Assembly (NCBI RefSeq): GCF_001194135.2
Contig: NC_068982.1
Span: 133,154,489-133,191,297, forward strand
Direction: 5' to 3'
Origin: Octopus bimaculoides
Taxonomy: Eukaryota
DNA length: 36,809 nucleotides
Numbering within the stretch: position 1 is the stretch's first letter; the number at the start of each line of letters is the position of its first letter. A model generated the notes under the pieces. It was not told the DNA's origin and did not search any database. It saw nothing but the letters and a program-made list of their open reading frames with translations. The position numbers were made by a program, and so were the translations under genes. Shown one piece after another: positions 1 to 11,299 of the stretch.

Positions 1-2559
1 AACAAAGGAAATCTCAGAATCAAATATTGGGTTTACATTTTAATCTATAACAGGAAATTGTTATTGTTGATTTGCTTTCTTTAGTCAGCTCAGCATTTTA
101 AAGGATCAGTCAATTAGTTCTCTAGCTGTAAGAAGCTTGTTGTTTATTCTGAGCATGAAGACCTAAGATTATATTTCGACTCCAATAGTATGTATGTAAA
201 AGAAAATTTTGCTGCAATACTGACAGTTCAAATGGCTACATGGATGGTCACTTGCTGGTTTGACTTTTACTAAATAGAATTTAGCTTGCAGATTATTATA
301 TTAAACTGAAACAAAATGTTTTTTGTGTATCTCCCTCTAACCATTTCAGTCTATTTTGTTGGAATTCATAACAGAGGGCTACAGTTGAGTTAGAGATCAG
401 ATTAGATAATTAATGGATGCATTGGCAGAAGAATAAACTGAGCTAAAATTTTATAACTAAGTAAACTTTTTACTGTTATAACGGTATTGATCGCCTAGTT
501 TACAACCGGTGTTAGTATTGAGAAGAAATGACGAATGGCAATTAATAAATTTATCTATAACAATTACATGATTTTATCTATTTATTACGTGTTCAACTTG
601 AAATTATAATAAATATAAATATTTCTTGAGCAGGAATCTATGGTGATAAATTCATCACTCATAAGTATTTATCACCATACATAAATCCTAGCTCAGGTTA
701 CATAACGCTGTGGCGAGTTATACATACCAAGACGCTGAACATGCATGTATGTTGAAGATAATAAAGCTCACTCTTTTTCACCGCTATAATAACAGTTTCA
801 TAGTTTCAGAAATAAGTTTCATCAATAGGTTGAAGAAAATGAAGAAAAAGAAATTATTTACTAAATTAGCTTATTTATGTACATTTAATATTTATAGTAC
901 ATTTTTATAAGTCAAAAGAAAACTGTCGTAGAGAGTTACGACATAAAATTTATAATAATTAATTCTTCCATAACTAAGCTACGAGAGTTTTAAACAACAA
1001 TTCAAAATAGCCTTGTTGAATTACATAAAAGACATGGCATGGCAATAACTAATATCTCAAGAGAGTGAGTGTCATGGAATCATGTGACAACCAACGAACA
1101 CTAATTTTCTTCCCAAAAATCAGGGTCTTCATAATTGCTCATATCTGAATTTTAAGAACCGTATTTCGTGGAAGATTTCCCTTTGATGAAAGTTAGAATT
1201 CAAATATGGGCAGTAATTTTAACCAATGGGAAACTAATAATTACACCTATTTGGCCAACATGACCATGATGTCATATTACCGCCGATCAAGCTTTATTAT
1301 GACTTGCTACACTGTGTTATACTGGTTTTGAATATGAACACAAAAGTTTAACAGCCATCATCAAATCAATATCTTAGAAGTGTCAAGAATTAAGGAATAT
1401 TCACTGTCTACCAATATATACAATGTTTAATTTCATGTGAAGATATCAGGCTCGAATAAGTTATATGTGGCAAATGAATCCTTTAATAAAGCACAAAGCT
1501 ATTTTAATGGGTGATGCATTTGACTGACTAAAATGACTAATCAAGTTTTAAAATCCTCTTCCAGTATAAAATATACAAGATAATATCATATGAGAATCAA
1601 GTTATGTCTGATGTTTAGCAAGCTGATATGACTAACATTGACTGCTAAAAGTCACTAATAATTTGCGTTTCATGGAGTAAAGTAAGACATAAATCTCAAC
1701 ACAAGATGCTTGTATATTAAGGCTGCATTCTCAGATGATCTGGTACCTATATCTAATAAGATGAACTGATATGTGCAACAATAAAGTTCATGCACTGAAA
1801 CATAGTAAAATGCTGACAGCCAATCTCAGTCATAACCTGTAATGTGTAAGTATGTATTTAGCTATGCAAATGTGTATGTACATGCATGTGTGCACAAATG
1901 TGCATGTCTGTGTGTGTATAGGAGACCACCTTTGGTATAGCTTGTCAATTACCTTTCAGGGCAGCTACTGACCCACACCAGGCTCCCAGGCCTCACATAT
2001 GGCTCCACTAACTGTCAGCATGTTACAGAGTGTCATCTCCTATGTGACAACATTAACAGACAAAATCAGGTTGAGAATAGTGAGTCTTAAACTCTTGTTG
2101 ATATTCCCTTTTGGAATCTCACTCTAATGTAACCCTCAATCAATTTGGCTACGTCTTGCCACTGCATAAGGAAGTTGCAAACAAGAGAGAAAGGCTAGAC
2201 ATCCTGTGCAACCCTTCTTCTCCATAATTCAAGCCTAGAGCAAGGAAAGACTGAAAAATCTTGTGGCAATAGGAGAGCAGCAAACCAGCAAGCAAGAATA
2301 CACCAAAGAGCAGCTACAAATCTACACTCAGAAAGTTTAGTCCTTCTCTGTTGAACTGAATCAGCAGTGAAGTACACAAGCCTCTTACTTAACTGGACAG
2401 CCAATTTCAGGACCTTCTCAAATACAGACTGCTTCAGCTAACCCTGGCAGGAAATCCTTGGTTAATAAGGATCCCATTTCAGCAGATGAATAACAAAAAA
2501 TGCAGAAAAGATTACTAATGTACTTGAAATGTATGCACCCTTCTCATCAACACCAAAGT

Positions 2560-3742
2560 AGACACACCAGAAAGATGAAGGGAACAGGCTGCATGAGAAT
2601 CGGTTTGCTATAAGATGNNNNNNNNNNNNNNNNNNNNNNNNNNNNNNNNNNNNNNNNNNNNNNNNNNNNNNNNNNNNNNNNNNNNNNNNNNNNNNNNNNN
2701 NNNNNNNNNNNNNNNNNNNNNNNNNNNNNNNNNNNNNNNNNNNNNNNNNNNNNNNNNNNNNNNNNNNNNNNNNNNNNNNNNNNNNNNNNNNNNNNNNNNN
2801 NNNNNNNNNNNNNNNNNNNNNNNNNNNNNNNNNNNNNNNNNNNNNNNNNNNNNNNNNNNNNNNNNNNNNNNNNNNNNNNNNNNNNNNNNNNNNNNNNNNN
2901 NNNNNNNNNNNNNNNNNNNNNNNNNNNNNNNNNNNNNNNNNNNNNNNNNNNNNNNNNNNNNNNNNNNNNNNNNNNNNNNNNNNNNNNNNNNNNNNNNNNN
3001 NNNNNNNNNNNNNNNNNNNNNNNNNNNNNNNNNNNNNNNNNNNNNNNNNNNNNNNNNNNNNNNNNNNNNNNNNNNNNNNNNNNNNNNNNNNNNNNNNNNN
3101 NNNNNNNNNNNNNNNNNNNNNNNNNNNNNNNNNNNNNNNNNNNNNNNNNNNNNNNNNNNNNNNNNNNNNNNNNNNNNNNNNNNNNNNNNNNNNNNNNNNN
3201 NNNNNNNNNNNNNNNNNNNNNNNNNNNNNNNNNNNNNNNNNNNNNNNNNNNNNNNNNNNNNNNNNNGACATGGAATCAAGAGATGACGATGACAAGGTTG
3301 ATGTGCAATGCTGGTTTCTGGCAAGACCAATGCTGGAAAGATCATATCAAGACAATAGTTTGTTCAGAGGTTCAATGTTTCCAAGCTAAAAAATCAGACA
3401 ATCTTGGCCAATTTCTTCACAAACTTAGACAGCAGAGTGATTCATACCTCACATCAGGAAAAAGGTAGCATTGAAAATCTATGAGCCTCCTTCAAAGAGC
3501 ACATTGACCCAATCACTTGCAACACCAAAACTGGATTGATAAAAATGACAAAGAGATCTATAACTATGTGAGACCTGAAGTGATTTTGAAATGCACTGAA
3601 GTTTGACTATAGTCCATAGTCCTTTGAATCACCTCTTCTTCAGTGCTAACAGCCAAACATTTCTCACAAAGAACAGCAGATGTTGTAGAGCTAGACACAC
3701 TATTTTGATAATGTGATTAATAGGCCATCTTCAGTCAATGAG
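2560..3742 (+). mobile_element. Degraded RTE-clade (BovB-like) LINE fragment: endonuclease to linker region, interrupted by an N gap
   Basis: Manual translation gives KDEGNRLH..FAIR (2570-2617), RFNVSKLKNQ (~3368), QHQNWIDKNDKEI (~3520; cf. RTE KHQDWFDEND.EI) and HYFDNVINRPSSVNE (~3700-3742; cf. HFxxVLNRPSSINE). Stops and frameshifts present. Confidence 0.75.
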
Positions 3743-3869
3743 TAAGTTAGAGAAGAAATTTCAGGCCTGGGATGAAAGGGTTATAAAGTTAATTTAGTAA
3801 ATATCAAAGCACTAATAATACTAGTAAAAAGAAAAACAGAAAAATTACTAATCCCTTTAGGGAGGCTCT

Positions 3870-5350
3870 GTTCAATATGTAAAAAAGGTGAAGGTAGAAA
3901 TTCTATATGATGCACCCAGTGTCGCTATGGACACATAAGAGGTACAGTGGAATCTCAGGAAGGTTAATAGAGAAAATACTCTTTGCATGTGACAGATGTG
4001 CAGGAGAAATAAACACAAAGAACACACAGGAAATAATTTTCCTCCAATGCCCAAGGGGATCCTTAGAGGTAACATAGTTTTTGTTACCAAGTGACCAAAA
4101 TTAGCAGTGGATCAGGATGCTCTGGAAGTGGAAGTGCTAGAATAAGAACCAGCTGGGCAAAGTTCAAAGAGCTATTACCTTTTTTTTGGTAAGAAAGGGC
4201 TTCTTCCTCAGAATGAAAGGTAGATTGTATAATGTTTGTGCATGAACAGCTATGTAACATGATAGTGAAATGTGGGCTGTGAAGGCTGAGAACAAGCACA
4301 GACTAGAAAGAAATTAAGCCAACATGCTCTGCTGGATGTGTAATGTCAATGTACATGCACAACAAAGTGTAAATGTGTTGACAGAAAAATTGGATATAAA
4401 AGGTGTCAGATGTAGTGTGCAAGAGACAAGACTGTACTGGTCTGGTCATGTGATGTATCTGGATGAAGAGAGCTGCATAAAGATGATGGTTGATGGTTAC
4501 TGACATAGGTAAATGTTTGTAGATGTTGAGCCTCGGAGATGTGATTATGAAGGAGTGAGAGGATAGGCAATTTGCTGTGATTGAGAAGATTTGTCCAGCT
4601 AAGTAAAATTGAGATGATAAGGCATATCATTTACATCCATACTACCCCAACCCAAACACTTCCACCCCTGTTCACTGCTCATTATCTTCCCCTCCTCTCT
4701 ATCTCCCACTGTCATTTCACTCCCTCACAAACTTATCTGCACACAATTTGTCCCTCTGTCCCTGTCAAATCTCTTCCCCATACCATCTTCTAACACTTCC
4801 CTCTCTCTATTTGTATCTACTCACTACAATCTCTCTCCTCCATTTCCCACTTTCCTTTTGCAGATTTGTTCACTTACCCACCCACTCACCCTATCCAATC
4901 TTTGGTTCCACATCACTTATATACACTTCCCAATAAATTAAGTGTGCCACTCCTATCACACCTTTCCCATTTGCTCTTCTCTTTCCTTTTTCCCCTCTCT
5001 CCTCTCTCTCTCTCTCTCTGAGGTATTCAGGTATCTCTTCCACTGCAAGACACTTATTTCTGTTCCTCTATTCATACTCCAATCCTTTATTATCACCTGG
5101 CATAAAGCCACCTCCCTCAATACTACTCCTTCCCTCAATTGAAGGGCCTCTTCTTGCAAGTTACTTGGTGACCTCACTGCTGCTGGTGCTACATAAAAAG
5201 CACCCGGTACTCCCTGCAAAGTGGTTGGCATTAGGAAGGGCACCTTGTGACAGAAACCATGCTAAAGCAGATAGAGCTTGGTGCGGTCTTCTGACTTGCC
5301 AGTTTTTGTCAAGCTAGCATGGGAAGAGGACATTAAATTATGATGATGAA
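3870..5350 (+). mobile_element. RTE LINE 3' half with CT-rich 3' UTR and (GAT)n tail
   Basis: Degenerate CxxC..KG.GRNSI.C..C Cys-rich segment (~3873-4000), ARIRTSWAKFKELLP (~4137-4180), KGRLY and ETWAV-like motifs. These are followed by a pyrimidine-rich tract and the conserved tail gtggttggcattaggaagggc...ttaaattatgatgatga. Confidence 0.85.
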
Positions 5351-5394
5351 TGTGTGTGTGTGTGTGTGTGTGTGTGTATGCATATATACATATA

Positions 5395-5645
5395 TATCCT
5401 TGCCTGTGCTTGTGCCCCGTAAAAAGCACTACTCACCTCACCTGTGTTTGTGCCACATAAAAAGCACTAAGTCCATTCTGCTGAGTGGTTGGTGTTAGGA
5501 AGAGCATCCAGCTGTAAAAATCCTGCCGAAACAGTCACAGAAGCCTGGTGCAGGCTTCAGCCTTGCTGGCTCTTGTGGTACCATCCCACTCGTGCTAGCA
5601 TGGTACACGGATGTTAAATGATGATGATGATGATGACGATGATGA
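5395..5645 (+). mobile_element. RTE 3' terminal fragment
   Basis: gagtggttggtgttaggaagagcatccagctgtaaaa...gctagcatgg...gttaaatgatgatgatgat; homologous to 16370-16555. Confidence 0.85.
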
Positions 5646-5803
5646 TATGTGTGTGTGCGTATGTATGTATGTGTACATACATCAAGTATAACCAGTATCT
5701 GATTGCAACCAATTGCTTGTGTCGGTAGCCATCAGCCCTTAAATGACCACCTATCTCCAATTTTGTGTTAAATTTTCTATGACCAATGCAGTACAGAATT
5801 TAG

Positions 5804-5935
5804 TTCATCAACAATGACGTTACCCTTATGCAACTTCATCAAAAATGNNNNNNNNNNCGTTACCCTTATGCAACTTCATCAAAAATGACTCTACCCTTAT
5901 GCAACTTCATCAAAAATGACTCTACCCTTATGCAA
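5804..5935. repeat. 31-bp minisatellite (tacccttatgcaacttcatcaaaaatgactc), spanning a 10-N gap
   Basis: Units start at 5821, 5861, 5892 and 5923; the period is 31 after the gap. Confidence 0.9.
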
Positions 5936-6229
5936 TAATCCAAAAGTGGTTGATGAACACACCTTAGAACATAAAAAGCAATTGTGGTTGGGTGGGAATG
6001 ATAGAACTGTATGCATATAAACATCCAGTGTTAGTCATCTAACGTGTGATCTTTTAAGAATGATGAGACAGAACTTTGAGACACTTTGCACCTTAGCAGC
6101 TTTCTCAACCACTAAGGTGAAACTTGGATTTCTAGTCTATGTTAAAATGATTAAACTTGACTCAACTAATACTATAGAATCCTACAATGTATTGTTAATC
6201 TTTTTATAAGTTTTATTAAGAACACTAAA

Positions 6230-6231
<2 letters not shown>

Positions 6232-6278
<47 letters not shown>

Positions 6279-6303
6279 TGTGTGTGTGTGTGTGTATGTG
6301 TGT

Positions 6304-6338
<35 letters not shown>

Positions 6339-6345
6339 TGTGTGT
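6232..6345. repeat. (TG)n microsatellite
   Basis: Direct reading of the sequence. Confidence 0.95.
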
Positions 6346-7061
6346 AATGTTAATATGTATGTTTAGAACAATAAAAAAAAGGTTTTTTTGATAGTTGTAA
6401 GTCAGTATCATTTTTGTGCAGCAATTAATATTCAATTAGTGCTCAACAACAAAATTAACCATTAGGGTTACAAATACCATTTTACCTCTTTTGGTTTGTT
6501 CAGTAATTTGAGGGGTTTTTTCAGTAAATATAACCTTATTTATTTATTGTGGCTATTGTATTTAATCCCTTTGGATTTGTGGAGAGTGATTTAATTGGGA
6601 TTTGGCAGTAATTTCTATCAGGTCCTACCAACTATAAAGGCTTGAGCTTCTTTATTCTGTCTTGTTATTAAATCCTTTTCATACTAACCTGCCTAAGGTC
6701 ACCCCTGCTTCTATAATAGAAACCTCCTGTTTTAAAGTGATCTAATTTCAAACTTTCCATCCAAATTCCATGTTAATTTATGTATCAGAAGCCAGCTTAA
6801 TAACAACAAAGTTACTTTACTATATTTTCCATTATTTTCAAAATTAATTGAAGTAAAAGTAGTGTATTTCAACAGAATTATAACAAAATAATTAAACAAA
6901 TATACCTCCTTCATAAGGCTATCTTTGGTAACTGTTTTATATATTAGAACCTGCCTTAAACCATAGTCACCTGGGAGTACGTTTCTACTAATGTAAAGTA
7001 AATCAGTATTAAAAAAATTGATCGATTATTATTAAAGAAGTTAAAATCTTCATTACTGTAC

Positions 7062-7122
7062 CTTCAACTGTGCCAAGCATCACCAACAAACCAATGAAAA
7101 TAATGGAAAGCATCTTGTACAT
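7062..7122 (-). CDS. Candidate coding exon of a host gene: signal-peptide-like or TM segment MYKMLSIIFIGLLVMLGTVE|G (exon 7062-7132)
   Basis: Minus strand reads tgtctctctttttttcttgatcttgtttcAG | taacaaaata ATG tac aag atg ctt tcc att att ttc att ggt ttg ttg gtg atg ctt ggc aca gtt gaa g | GTacag. It has a strong polypyrimidine acceptor, a hydrophobic core after Lys, and a phase-1 intron after the putative cleavage region. No homology recognised. Confidence 0.55.
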
Positions 7123-7268
7123 TATTTTGTTACTGAAACAAGATCAAGAAAAAAAGAGAGACAAAATATTATTTCGTGTATTTTTCATTTCAATTTTATT
7201 TCATTCTTTTTTTTTTAGTATTTTAAAATGTCAAGAAATTATGCGACCACATTAAATATGTTATAGTA

Positions 7269-8085
7269 CTAGCTTAAAAACTGCACGATAGGGAGGCTTT
7301 TAAGCTAGTATATAACTTTTAAGTAACTCATCCTGAATGGGAAGATCTGCAAACAGATCTCTACCTTGTTTTGGAGAATTTGTTGCAATTGCTTCCTCCA
7401 AAGTCATATCCCAATGATGAACATATTCATCGCAAAAGATCATGTAAAAAAAAACAATTGCCAGAAACAATCGTAGTAATGGAAACATAGGAATCCAAAA
7501 TTTCAGGATTGCAGGTCTGGATTCAACCCAGAGTGTTTTTAATTTACTCATGGAGTTAGCCTTTAGATTATAAAAATTACTATTGTACAAAAAAAATTGT
7601 TGCAAAAAGTCACGCAAAACAAAATCACTGTAAACAATCACAGTAATGAAAACTTGGGAATCCAAAATTTAAGGATTGTGGGTCCAGATTCAACCCGGAA
7701 TGTTTTTAATTTACTCACATAGTCAGCCTGATTTCAAAATGGTATATGTTGGGCTACGGCCTCTAGGAGTAAAGTTGAAAAAGTGTGACACACTGACATT
7801 CACATTTATTATATTATCATATTACATTAAGGTGGCAAGCTGGCAGAACCCTTAGCACGCCAGATGAAATGTTTAGTGGTATTTTGTCTGCCATTAGGTT
7901 TTGAGTTCGAATTCCGCTGAGGTCAACTTTTGGGGGTTGATAAAATTTGTACCAGTTATGTACTGGGGTCAATGTAATCGACGTAATCTCTTCCCCCAAA
8001 ATTTGAGGTCTTGTGCTTCCAGTAGAAAGGATTTATTGAAGTTGAAAAAGTGTGAAACACTGACATTCACATTTATTATATTAGA
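7269..8085 (-). mobile_element. Non-autonomous Helitron carrying a short RepHel remnant
   Basis: Minus-strand ends are A|TCTAATATAATAAATGTGAA (8085) and CTAG|T (7269). The internal frame HHWDMTLEEAIATNSPKQGRDLFA (~7347-7430) resembles the Helitron HWDxTLxEA....SPxQxRxLFA region. There is an internal ~167-bp tandem duplication (~7445-7560 vs ~7610-7730). Confidence 0.7.
7829..8030 (+). mobile_element. tRNA-derived SINE inserted in the Helitron
   Basis: aaggtggcaagctggcagaacc (A-box-like), B box GTTCGAATTC at 7905-7914, then gataaaatttgtaccagttatgtactggggtcaatgtaatcgac; homologous to 10581-10715 and 23410-23560. Confidence 0.85.
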
Positions 8086-8138
8086 TATGCTTAATTTTGA
8101 GGAAACTTTATTTCAATTAAAGTGTATTTTGTGTGTGT

Positions 8139-8171
<33 letters not shown>

Positions 8172-8185
8172 NNNNNNNNNNNNNG

Positions 8186-8523
8186 TTAAAGAAAGCAAAA
8201 TATAAAACAAAAATGGTAGTGTTCAGTATGTTAGCCACAAGAATTTCTGTCAAAGAGACATGGTTAAACAAAGTTGTAAATCATCTCCCTCTTTCTCTCT
8301 CTTTTATTATTACTCCCACTACTACTTTTAACAAAATAATATCAACTCTCCCTAAATTTCTTTGTCTCTCTTTCTCTCTCTCTCTCTTTATCTCTCTGTC
8401 TTTGCCACCGCCCTCACCGTCTCTATGCCTACTATTACTCTCTCCCCATCATGAAGAATAGTAGGAGTGTCATTGAATAGTGAGAAAGGGGACACACAGA
8501 AATTAGCTTTCGCATTTATTAGA
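8186..8523 (-). repeat. ~340-bp interspersed repeat, copy 1 (Helitron-like 5' end)
   Basis: Aligns along its length with 11300-11644. The minus strand begins A|TCTAATAAATGCGAAAG. Confidence 0.75.
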
Positions 8524-8957
8524 TTTAGTCAAATTAAGGTAAGTTCTTTTCTTTTTTTACTTTATGAGAAATATTCATCAAAATGTGATTAATTCTGATG
8601 CTTTTAGGCAATATTTTCCAGAAGTACCATCTCTAGACTTCCTCAAAAGATTTGAGCTCAATTACAGGATATGTTATTCACCAATTATAAAGTACTCCTT
8701 CTGCTTACATATTACAATCATTTTTATTTATTATTAAGTGGGCTCAGTCATCAAGAGGTTTGTTTCTATGCCAATACCTAGCACAGAGCTGGTAAAGGAA
8801 CAGGAATAGAGGGGTATGAACTCTATTTAGCAAGGAAAGAATCTTGATGCATTCTAACTGAATTGAGTCTTTTTTCTTACTTGTATATATTTAAACTCTA
8901 TAGTGATTGCAAAGCATATCTGATATACTGACAGGGTGACCAACATCAAGATACTTA

Positions 8958-9172
8958 CAAGGGGGTGCTGAAAAGTTCCTGGTTTAAGGGTATCATGAAA
9001 GGCTTGATTGGAGGCTCAACCTTCTGAGTCCTTTTACAGGGCTTAGAAAAACTGAAGGACTGCTGCAGAAAGTGTGTGAATTTGAGAGGGGAACATGTTG
9101 AATAAAATTATAATTAACTAATTCTCTTGTATTTCTTTTACTCAAAGCCTAGAACTTTTAAGCACCCCCTCA
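8958..9172 (+). mobile_element. Mariner-derived MITE
   Basis: TA|caagggggtgctgaaaagttcctgg ... ctagaacttttaagcaccccctca|TA. The interior encodes GLEKLKDCCRKCVNLRGEHVE*, typical of a mariner transposase C-terminus. Confidence 0.85.
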
Positions 9173-9666
9173 TATATGTATACCCAAGAACTTTTATGCT
9201 GTTCTAGGAGTGCTGTCTATATTCGCTTGGCCACATTTAACATGACAGATGTAGCCAGCAAGATAGAGCAATTCTAAAAGATTGGAGAATTTTAAGGTGT
9301 ATGCATGTATATGTATTGAGTTATTTATTTATATAGACATATAGAAATTATGTGGGGATATTAACTTAGTCATTGAAATAGAGAATGAAGTTACAAGTTT
9401 TTCAATATATGTATTTTACATACCACATAGTACTTTGTGCTATGTAGTTCTATTTCATACATACTGGTATAAAACATAACAATTAACATATATCACATAT
9501 GAAAATATAATAAATTGTAAAATATAATAAACTATGCTAATTAAAATATGTTAGAACATTATTTTAAGTAACCCTCTAATGGAACTGGACCAGTAGAAAT
9601 ATAATACAATTTTACACATATGTACACACACACCTACACACACACTCACACACACACACACACACT

Positions 9667-9840
9667 TGGGGTGGGGGGGGGGCTGAAAAGTTCCTGGCTT
9701 TGGGTAAAAGAAAATACAGGAAGGTCAGTTAATTCTCTCTCAGATTCACATACTTATTACAGCAGTCCATGTGTTCTAAGCCCTGTAAAAGAACTCAGAA
9801 AATTGGGCCTCTGAGCCAGGAACTTTTCAGCAACCCCTCA
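9667..9840 (-). mobile_element. Second copy of the mariner MITE, inverted
   Basis: TIRs gctgaaaagttcctgg / ccaggaacttttcagc. The interior aagccctgtaaaagaactcagaa is the reverse complement of 9023-9046. Confidence 0.85.
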
Positions 9841-10580
9841 TACACACACACATTTTAAAATTCTTCACTATTCACAGGACAGTGAAAAATTTTATAGAAA
9901 ATTTTTCTTTTTTCCGTACTATCACTAAATTTCAACCTAAGAATTTCCAGTTTTCCATTTAATTCAAACTGAATTATATAGCATATAACTTATATATATC
10001 AAGAAGTTTAAATTTAAACCACTATTTTAATATTCCCTTTCTAAAAACTGAAACAGATAAATAAACATGTACATTTACTCATACATACACACAAACATTC
10101 ACAACTACACACAAAAACACAAAACACACACAAATTGACAAGAACATATAAACATAACAATTAAAACAAATACATAAAAGATATAAACAATAAGTGTATA
10201 CATATTAAATAAAAGTATACAGTACATATATACACTACTCAAAATTTTAAATCTAAGTCTTTCATTTAAAAATCACTTTTTTGATATTTCATTACACTCT
10301 TTAAAAAATATAAAACTGCAAACAAATAAATAATCTACACACAATCATACACACATAACATACTACAGAAAACCAGAACTGATTTCACCTTCCTTAATAC
10401 ACTTTTCTATCTTCTTGACCTTCATAAATCCAATAGAAGATCCACTCAAGTGATTACCCTGCTCAACTGATCATCTCTTATTTCATCATTTTCCATTACC
10501 AACTCACACCAAAGAAGAATCAAAAGAAAACATCAAGAAACTGAAACTATAAAATGCCTTTTTCTTCGAGTTATGAAAAC

Positions 10581-10715
10581 AATAATAATAATAATAATCT
10601 TTTCTATTATAACCTCAAGGCCTGAAATTTGTGGCGAGTAGACTAGTCAATTACATCAACCTCAGTACTTCACTGGTACTTAATTTATCAACCCTGAAAG
10701 GATGAAAGGCAAAGA
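10581..10715 (-). mobile_element. SINE 3' half with (AAT)n tail
   Basis: Reverse complement of ctttcatcctttcagggttgataaattaagtaccagtgaagtactgaggttgatgtaattgac; same family as 7829-8030. Confidence 0.8.
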
Positions 10716-11160
10716 AAAAACTGCCTTACCTGCCCGAGTGAAGGAGGGCAGTGGTGCAATCATCACTACAGACTGGGCTGACAGACAGATCCGTCCCACA
10801 TGTGACAGCCGCTGTTCAACATAACTCCATGAGTCAGCAATGCCTGGACACTGAACGAGGGCATGCAGCACAGTTTCGTCACTCTGGGTGCACCTCAGAG
10901 AAGTCCATCTGACAGCACATCCATACCTATAGAGCTTGTCTCAAACCACTAACACCCTCCAATGACATCTGGAAATTACCCATGATAGTTACCAACCAGA
11001 AAGTCCTCCAGAACAGACTAGCCAATTCATTCTCAGCGGCACCCAGTGTTTCCCTGAGAATATCGTTGCACATCCCCGCCACTAATCCTCTATAAATTTC
11101 TAAAGCAGAATATCCACCAGTCCCATTGCTTAACTGGAGAGGAAGTGGGGAGGGATTTCT
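10716..11160 (-). mobile_element. Tx1/L1-clade LINE ORF2 C-terminal fragment
   Basis: Minus-strand frame LRCTQSDETVLHALVQCPGIADSWSYVEQ, a degenerate C-terminal Cys/His motif (CxxC..ETxxHxxxxCP) of L1/Tx1 ORF2. Confidence 0.7.
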
Positions 11161-11299
11161 TTCAATTTGGAATGTTTTTACCAAATATTTATTCATTTAG
11201 TCTTTTACCATTGTATAGCTATTGGCATGAGACATGAGTTCAAGGATGGTAACCTCTTTTAGGATGGGGAAAATAATGAAAAAAGGATGGGGTGCAGTC

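Noticed and set aside
85-127. Plus-strand AG..GT bounded 43-nt open segment (QLSILKDQSISSLA)
   Set aside because: No supporting partner exon or homology; such matches are expected by chance in AT-rich DNA.
1747-1794. Minus-strand 48-nt phase-1 open segment (VHELYCCTYQFILLDI) as a downstream exon
   Set aside because: Weak donor (GTACCA) and no recognisable protein similarity; cannot be supported without RNA data.
5804-5935. 31-bp repeats as a CRISPR-like array
   Set aside because: Units are contiguous with no unique spacers, there are no cas genes, and the context is eukaryotic.
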